Shown here: in pieces, positions 55,969 through 64,000 of the stretch
How the letters are laid out: the number at the start of each line of letters is the position of its first letter
Position numbering within the stretch: the first letter of the stretch is position 1
Assembly (NCBI GenBank): GCA_964016885.1
Contig: OZ024742.1
Coordinates: 87,854,001 to 87,918,000 of the forward strand
Reading direction: 5' to 3'
Source: Eledone cirrhosa
Taxonomy: Eukaryota
Length of the DNA stretch: 64,000 nucleotides
Position numbers and translations under genes: made by a program
Notes under the pieces: model-generated
Told to the model about the DNA's origin: nothing
Database searches by the model: none
What the model saw: only the letters and a program-made list of their open reading frames with translations

Positions 55969-57765
55969 TATTACATAATGGAATAGAAACCAAAGTAATA
56001 GATATTCAAGAACCTGAAAGAAGAAAGATCACTACACATTCATCCTATACCTACCCATCATCACAACAGACAATCCAAGTAGATATAGATTTATATAGAA
56101 TTATCCACCAGAACATTCGCCTATTGAGGTAAAAATCGGAATAAAAATGATGAAAAACAATTAAAAGAAAAAGACAACCAAATATCTTTAAAAGTTTCTC
56201 ATAAAAGACAGAGCGCCAAAAGTAAAAATTTATGGTTGGAATTCGCATCAACAAAAGATAAAAACGGAAATGAACAAAATTGTGAGATGCGCTAAAATAC
56301 CAAGAATAGACTATGCCAACGCCTAACGTATATGACAAAGTTTATGGTCGTATAGAGATATATAAGCGCATAAGATTTGTACAGGTGGGGTGGAAGTGGG
56401 CATTCCAAGTATTATTAAATAAAAGGAATATTCAGAGTGAATAAGTGAACACATGATTTAATACACACAAAACTATTTATCTGCCAAAGAACTGGCACGA
56501 ACGTGAGCAGTGGGCCTGATCCCAAAGTAGGGGGAGATAAGCTAACCATCATTTGATGACTTGTAAAACAAAACTGGATCGTGGAATCACACGTTGCGTA
56601 TCCAAGATAGGTAGTTGGAATGCATGAGGTAATGCATATATACAGAGAGGGTGTGTGTTACTTTTAGAATGTAGTTGAAGATAAATAGAGATACAAATAT
56701 TTATATATATATATATATGTATATATGTACAATATATATATATATACATATATACAGAGAGAGGGGGGGGCAGAGATGAGAACAAGAGTGAGACAGACAG
56801 CGAGCGTGTAAGCGGAAGTAAAAAAGACAGACAGAGAGATATATTAAAGATCGCATTATATATATATATATAAAGATGTATTTACCCACGCAGCTGAATA
56901 CCATCCAAATACAGTGATACATATTGTGTTCACTATATTTGTGTCTTATTTGTATTCAACTAATGTTTGTCATATATAATGTTTACTTGTGTTTAGAATT
57001 TATCGATGCTTAGGTGCTGTATTCCCATACAAAATGTCTCAAATTCTGAGAAATCTATAAAGGAGATATACGAATGTATACTGATAATAGCCTCTCTTGT
57101 AACATAAACATTCGGCAAAACTAAATTTATTTCTACCATCTAGGAGTATGTTGTGAGTGACGGAAACATGAAAAATATATGTGGTATTATATTTACTCTA
57201 ATACAAACATAAATGCTCAACCGTTATTTTTTCATCGTCAATATATTTTTATTGGCTAGGTCTGCGAGAATGGGATTATATATTGCATGTCATTACGAAA
57301 AATATTCTAAACAATTGATGTTCATAGTCTTTTATATTTGTGTGATGAAATATAATATTCTGTATACGGTTGCTAATAATTGAAGTTGCAACAACCTTAT
57401 ATTTAGGTACTTGGAATCGCTTATATTAATGTGGTAATAGTTTCGATTCGAAAGCGAATCTGAACTGTAGATATTTATTTAAAATTCCTGCTACGAATTT
57501 CAATTCTACATCCATTAAGAAATATACAGTTGGGTAGGTGTTTATTTACGTAGATAACATATACACTGTATTAATTTTATTGTCGGTCCTTTATTATTAC
57601 CAACTATCTTAAATTAAATGTTTGCGAAGATCTAGGCATATATTTAATAATATCTTTATAATATTTCGGTATTCTAAGATTACTTAAGATCTTAAACGAA
57701 CATAAAGGAAGAATATTTTCTCAGTATTTTAATGCTTTGAGTCCTTTATTTAATTCATGGCCGTT

Positions 57766-57877
57766 TTTTATCCATATATACCATCCCTTTCTATATATAA
57801 GTTCCTCATATATTTTTTCTATATTTTATCCATATATACCATCCCTTTCTATATATAAGTTCCTCATATATTTTTCT
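57766..57877. repeat. Tandem duplication, period 58 bp
   Basis: ttttatccatatataccatccctttctatatataagttcctcatatattttt x2. Confidence 0.92.
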
Positions 57878-60555
57878 TATAGTAAACATGATCATATTTT
57901 CATTAGTATTTCATTGTGGCAAAGTTTTACAGGAAAGATTATTTAGCAATGTCAAAATGATAATATTTGTACTATGTTCAAAAATGTAGAGGAAGTTATT
58001 TATTACTGATTCTAATAACAGAAAGAAAGCTGTGATTGCAAATACAATTTTTTTCATTACATTCAGGCTCTAATATTTCTCTCTGAATCATGAGTTAGGT
58101 TATAGGAAACAGTTACAATTTAAGGATGCTGTTATATAAAGGCACCAGAAATTGAGTGTGCTTATCTTGAATTTTTGTGAGATAATTGTTTTCACTAGGG
58201 TATTATTTTTATTCTATGAAATCATCTCCGATTATGTGTTTACAGGTTTGCTACTCCTGTCGGAGCATTCAGAGTTTAGTGAGCAGAATCACGTACAACA
58301 AATGTGAGTCCATTGTTCAAACAATCACTCAATACATTGCTCTGTAAAGGTATTCTATTTATTGATCCCGGAGGTACGAATGAATTTGAGCTTCGTAAAA
58401 TCTGAAACCAGAAATCAGAGATTCGAAACGTTTAACATAATTCAATATTCCCTTAAACATAAATGATTATCTTTTCCTGCTATTAAAAGATTGAATAATT
58501 TTGAAGGACTTTTTCTCGAGAATCCTTAATCTAATTATCATTATAGTGTCTATAAGTAGATATCGGTAAATCTTGATCGAACAGCCATATCATGCTGGTG
58601 TCGTTATCAGAATAACTATGCGTTCCTCTTAGATCTGTCGTTCTGTACAAGCCGTATATCCTCTTAAATGAGAACTACTCTTGGTATTATTTAATTCTTG
58701 ATAATTTGAATTCAAATCACTGCTTAGCCGAGATAATTTCGATAGTCAGCCTTAGTCTTATTTTATCACTGATCATGTTAACGATATTAATACGTTATTT
58801 CTGTACGGCATCAGAATTGATCTTGTTATTCAAGCTACTACGGTCATTCATGTAGGAAATACGTATCCTATAATGCATGATCAAAAGCATCCTTTTTAAA
58901 TACAGTGTACGAGATTTAAAAAAAGAACGTGATAGTAATTTCATCGCATTGTTTGACCGTGTAAAGTCTGCTTCTTCACCTGTACATGGCAAGAATCTCT
59001 AAACATTCAAACATGTGGGGTAGGCAAGGTAGCTGCAGTGAAATAATTGCAGTTGTAGTTGCTCCCCCACAGATTTCCTTGACGTGTGAATCAATGGAGA
59101 TACACGCCGCAACTGTGTGTCGTTGGGATTGTAAAATATTCTATCCAAGTTATTCCTAGGTGCACATTTTGGGAAAAGATCCATCTCCTTTCGACCAAAT
59201 GACGGATGAATAGATAACCGGAACATATATTTTATGCAATCATTATAATTATACTAACATGGAATATCATCCAAATGCAGTAAGAGTGTGAGTTGATAAT
59301 TAATAACTTTATTGCATTTTTGTTTAAGATTGCAGATATTAATTTATGCAACTCTATATATGATGTAAGCTACATGAGATGCGTGTGTGTTGATTGAAAG
59401 TATCTATATTCCTCATTGTTTTTTACGCTCTGCCGTGATAACGTTCTATAGCCTTTGTATGAAAGGTACATGCTCTTTTGTGTAATGATTCATTTCATTG
59501 TGGATGGTGTACACTTAATAGATGATTTTTATTTCGCCTAAAGCTACTGCCTGTATTTGTATTGTAAAACTTCAATTATCTTCCTGCAACCATTATGTAT
59601 TATTTAAAGAGTTTTCATCTATTCATATCTATATACGTTGATGAAGCTGTTTCCAAACAGCTAGTGCATTGTTAGTACGCTGGATAAATAGGAATTATCA
59701 ATTCTGCAATTCAAAAGCGAAATGTATGCATTATACATTTCTCTTTCATCAAGTACGTATTAAATTTAGCTCTTTTATGTTGCAAGATTATACTAAACTG
59801 ATAAGACATATACCATCCTTCTTTAAGATATAATTTGATATATGTCTCATTCTTACGTAATGCTTGATGCGAAGATGATAAAAATGAAAGTAAGGATTTC
59901 ATCAACAGTGTGTTGTATTTGCACCTGACCTTTGAAGTAGATTTACATTTATATCATAATTGTAACCATATTCATACTATTCTGGGATGTATCGCATTAT
60001 CACAAAAACACATGAGATGATTTTTTTTCAATACATATGTTATCCGCAATAATACCAAAATATCATTGCACAGCCTTTCATATAAGTACATTTTTTTAGC
60101 GTGAATGTTATTAGACCTTGCAAGATACATTACTAACATATTGTGGTAGTAATGTAAGGAAATATAAGTGTTCTGAAAAATTGTATACAATTAGATAAAG
60201 CTCCGAATTAATAACACTTATATTCTAAAACAATAATCAACGTGGACAGCGTATTTTATGGCTACATGATATGAGGAACATGTGCTATGCAATCATATTA
60301 TAGTTTTTATGTTTGTTCAGAATCGCCTAGAATATAATTGTGTATTAAGACATCGATGAATATATGAGTCACCAAGTGGAAATATATCTGATCATGGTAC
60401 GCAGATAACCTAGCAAAACCTTAACAAATCTACATAACACACACACAGACAGAGAGACACACAAACTTATGTATATATATGTATATATATATATGTGTGT
60501 TTCTGTGGGCATACACACATATGTATATATGTATGTGTATATAAATATATATATC

Positions 60556-60875
60556 TATATCTGCAAAAGTTCTATTTAAATTGTTGGGATACAACAAGTA
60601 AATATTTTTATAACTGATATAAAGCACTCGACAAGTATTTGGAGTGGATATACGATATTAATAAATGGAAACTATATTTATAAAACCATATTTAATTCAT
60701 TATACATATTTCAGGGATACCAAATTAAATTATGGTATGCCTTCATCAGACAAAATACAATATATAACAGTTTTACAAATAAGCTTTGACGTACACTTTT
60801 AAAATGCGACCATTATTTTTGGAGGACATCTGCATAGTGAATTGGTTATATTATTTTAATAAGTCTTAGTGTTAA
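60556..60875 (-). mobile_element. Solo PLE pseudo-LTR plus tail
   Basis: Hammerhead followed by actc..gagtgct tail hairpin, ending in TA repeats; upstream boundary uncertain. Confidence 0.7.
60696..60754 (-). ncRNA. Type I hammerhead ribozyme
   Basis: Reverse complement tttgt CTGATGA aggcatacca-loop-tggtatccct GAAA tatgta TA atgaa. Confidence 0.82.
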
Positions 60876-61186
60876 GGACAATTAGAAAAAGACGGAGAGA
60901 AAGAAAGAAAAAAGACGGAGAGAGAGAAAAAAGAAAAAGAAAAAAACGTGGAGAAATATCGGAGAGAGAGAAATGCATAGAGCAAAAATGCGTACAGAAA
61001 AAAGGAAGATATAAATAAAGACAGGAGGAAAGAAAGAAAAAAGGAAGAAATAAGAAAAACAGAGGAAAGCATTTTTTTCTCTACGTATTTCTCTCTCTCC
61101 GATATTTCTCCACGTTTTTTTTCTTTTTCTTTTTTCTCTCTCTCCGTCTTTTTTCTTTCTTTCTCTCCGTCTTTTTCTAATTGTCC
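60876..61186. repeat. Purine/pyrimidine inverted repeat, arms about 115 bp, spacer about 78 bp
   Basis: ggacaattagaaaaagacgg...aaaaatgc / gcattttt...ccgtctttttctaattgtcc. Confidence 0.9.
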
Positions 61187-61527
61187 CAGGTCGGGACAGT
61201 TTGGGTGGCATGTCGGCAGTAACAATGATTGTTCGAACACAGTCATGTTTGCTCTTTATATAGGTGTTATTCAGTGGAGGGTGACGCCTAGAAATCGAAT
61301 AACCATTCAAGTTGTGTCAATCATGACTAGAAGTGACTGGCTTCAGTTAAAATGTGATTGCACGCTCTTGAGTCAAAAGGTCAAAGGGAGCATTGTGTTG
61401 GTCCGTGACATTGGTGGAGCTAATCTGTATGCCGCCTACATAAAGAGATGTCAAAGGCCATCTCCATCGATTTCGTTTAATACTTCCACCATTGGCGTGT
61501 TCTGCGGCATTCATATATATATATATT

Positions 61528-62668
<1,141 letters not shown>

Positions 62669-62672
<4 letters not shown>

Positions 62673-63607
62673 TTGCGAGGTTTTTTGTATGAAATCGTGT
62701 GTCGAAACAAATATTGTTATACTTGGGGAGGGTCAAACGTGTGTAATATTGCCAGAATTAATAACAGAACACATTCACTGTTTGGTTGGTTTTCGCTTTT
62801 CGCTTGTGAGTATTTTATAACGGTAATCTAATTTATTCTGTCCTCAATGTTGCCATTGACTGAACAACGGTCAAAAATAATACAGATACAACATAGACAC
62901 AAACACATATATAGGGTTTATCAAAGTTCTTTCGTTGCGCATCTGCAACATCGTTAGTGGTGCTATTGTTTCCTCCCGTTGCATTGTATTTTCTACGCCA
63001 TCTTTATTTAGTCTGTTTATATATTTATTTATTTGTTTATTTTATTTTGTCTTCGTTGCGCATGCGTTTGCGTGTGTGTATATTGTGTTGTTTGATATGT
63101 GTTCGTGATTGGGTGACTGTGTATTGGTTAATGCATTCTATCTTTACTAGTGTGTGTTTATATGTGTTTGTTGTTATTGGGCTTGTGTATGTATTTATTT
63201 ATTTATTTATCTATTAATTTATTTGTTTATACTTCTCTTTGGTCAGTGTTGTTTGTTTGGGTGTTGTTGTTATTCCATTCATAACAATAACACCCAAACA
63301 AACGACACTAAATAAAGATGGCGTAGAAAATACTATGCAACGGGAGGAAACTATAGCACCACTGACGATGTTGCAGATGTGCAACGAAAGAACTTTGATA
63401 AACCCTATATATGTGTTTGTGTCTATATTGTATATGTATTATTTTTGACATTTGGTCAGTCAATGGCAACATTGAGGACCGAATAAATTAGATTACCGAT
63501 ATAAAAGACACAGAAGCGAAAAGCGAAAACCAACCAAACAGTGAGTGTGTTCTGTTATTAATTCTGGCAATATTACACAAATATGACCCTCCCCAAGTAT
63601 AACAATA
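62669..63607. mobile_element. Fold-back of a related PLE terminus; hammerheads at 63358-63399 (+) and degenerate 62920-62961 (-)
   Basis: Arms 62711-63012 and 63307-63607; CTGACGA t gttgca-gatg-tgcaac GAAA gaac TT; shares gaccctccc.aagtataacaatat end and tail with the previous family. Confidence 0.88.
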
Positions 63608-64000
63608 TATATATATATATATATGTATGTATACCTGACGTACCTAGCTTCGCTTGGATAAACAGACGATAAGCCTGTCGAACACTCGAACTAAATGTAA
63701 ACAAATCGCTGCATAGTTAACGAAATAAATACAACGTGTGTTTATATTTTGTTTTGTAGTTCTGTTTTCCGATGTATTGTGTGTTTGTGAATGCAAAAAT
63801 ATCTGGACACGAATATATAATTATATATATATAAATAACTAAATGTTGGTTAGAAACGAAATCAATGAAGACAGGCAGACATACAGACAAATATTTTAAG
63901 CGCGCAACGTTATAGCTGTGTATCTGTCTTAAAAGAGAGAGTGAGAAAGAGAGAGGAAAGTCGAATAATATATATTATATATAATAAAGTACCAGAAATG

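Overview
AT-rich eukaryotic, repeat-saturated DNA with no host protein-coding gene that I can support. The SINE families resemble octopod cephalopod SINEs (inference from recalled consensus sequences). The window is a graveyard of microsatellite-targeting retroelements. It holds at least five decayed Penelope-like elements (PLEs) of Hydra-clade type (RT, CxCx5C linker, C-terminal GIY-YIG), one Nematis/Neptune-like PLE with a 1-kb inverted arm, and many short non-coding fold-back derivatives of PLE termini sitting in (TA)n. It also holds a 5'-truncated R4/Dong-type LINE and a full-length but dead Tx1/L1-type LINE sharing one (TAA)n target, RTE fragments, tRNA-derived SINEs, kb-long (TA)n arrays and a 200-N gap. 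The most interesting layer is RNA structure, read by eye. There are about 17 type-I hammerhead ribozymes (HHRs) with an intact catalytic core and about 10 degenerate or variant ones. These include a tandem pair delimiting a 318-nt retrozyme-like monomer, a U3:A8 core variant, and a family with an extra nucleotide after A9. A covarying bulged hairpin (RCTC-stem-TN-GAGYRCT) recurs 35-57 nt downstream of the cleavage site in otherwise unrelated families. All folds, alignments and counts are manual, so coordinates may be off by a few bases.
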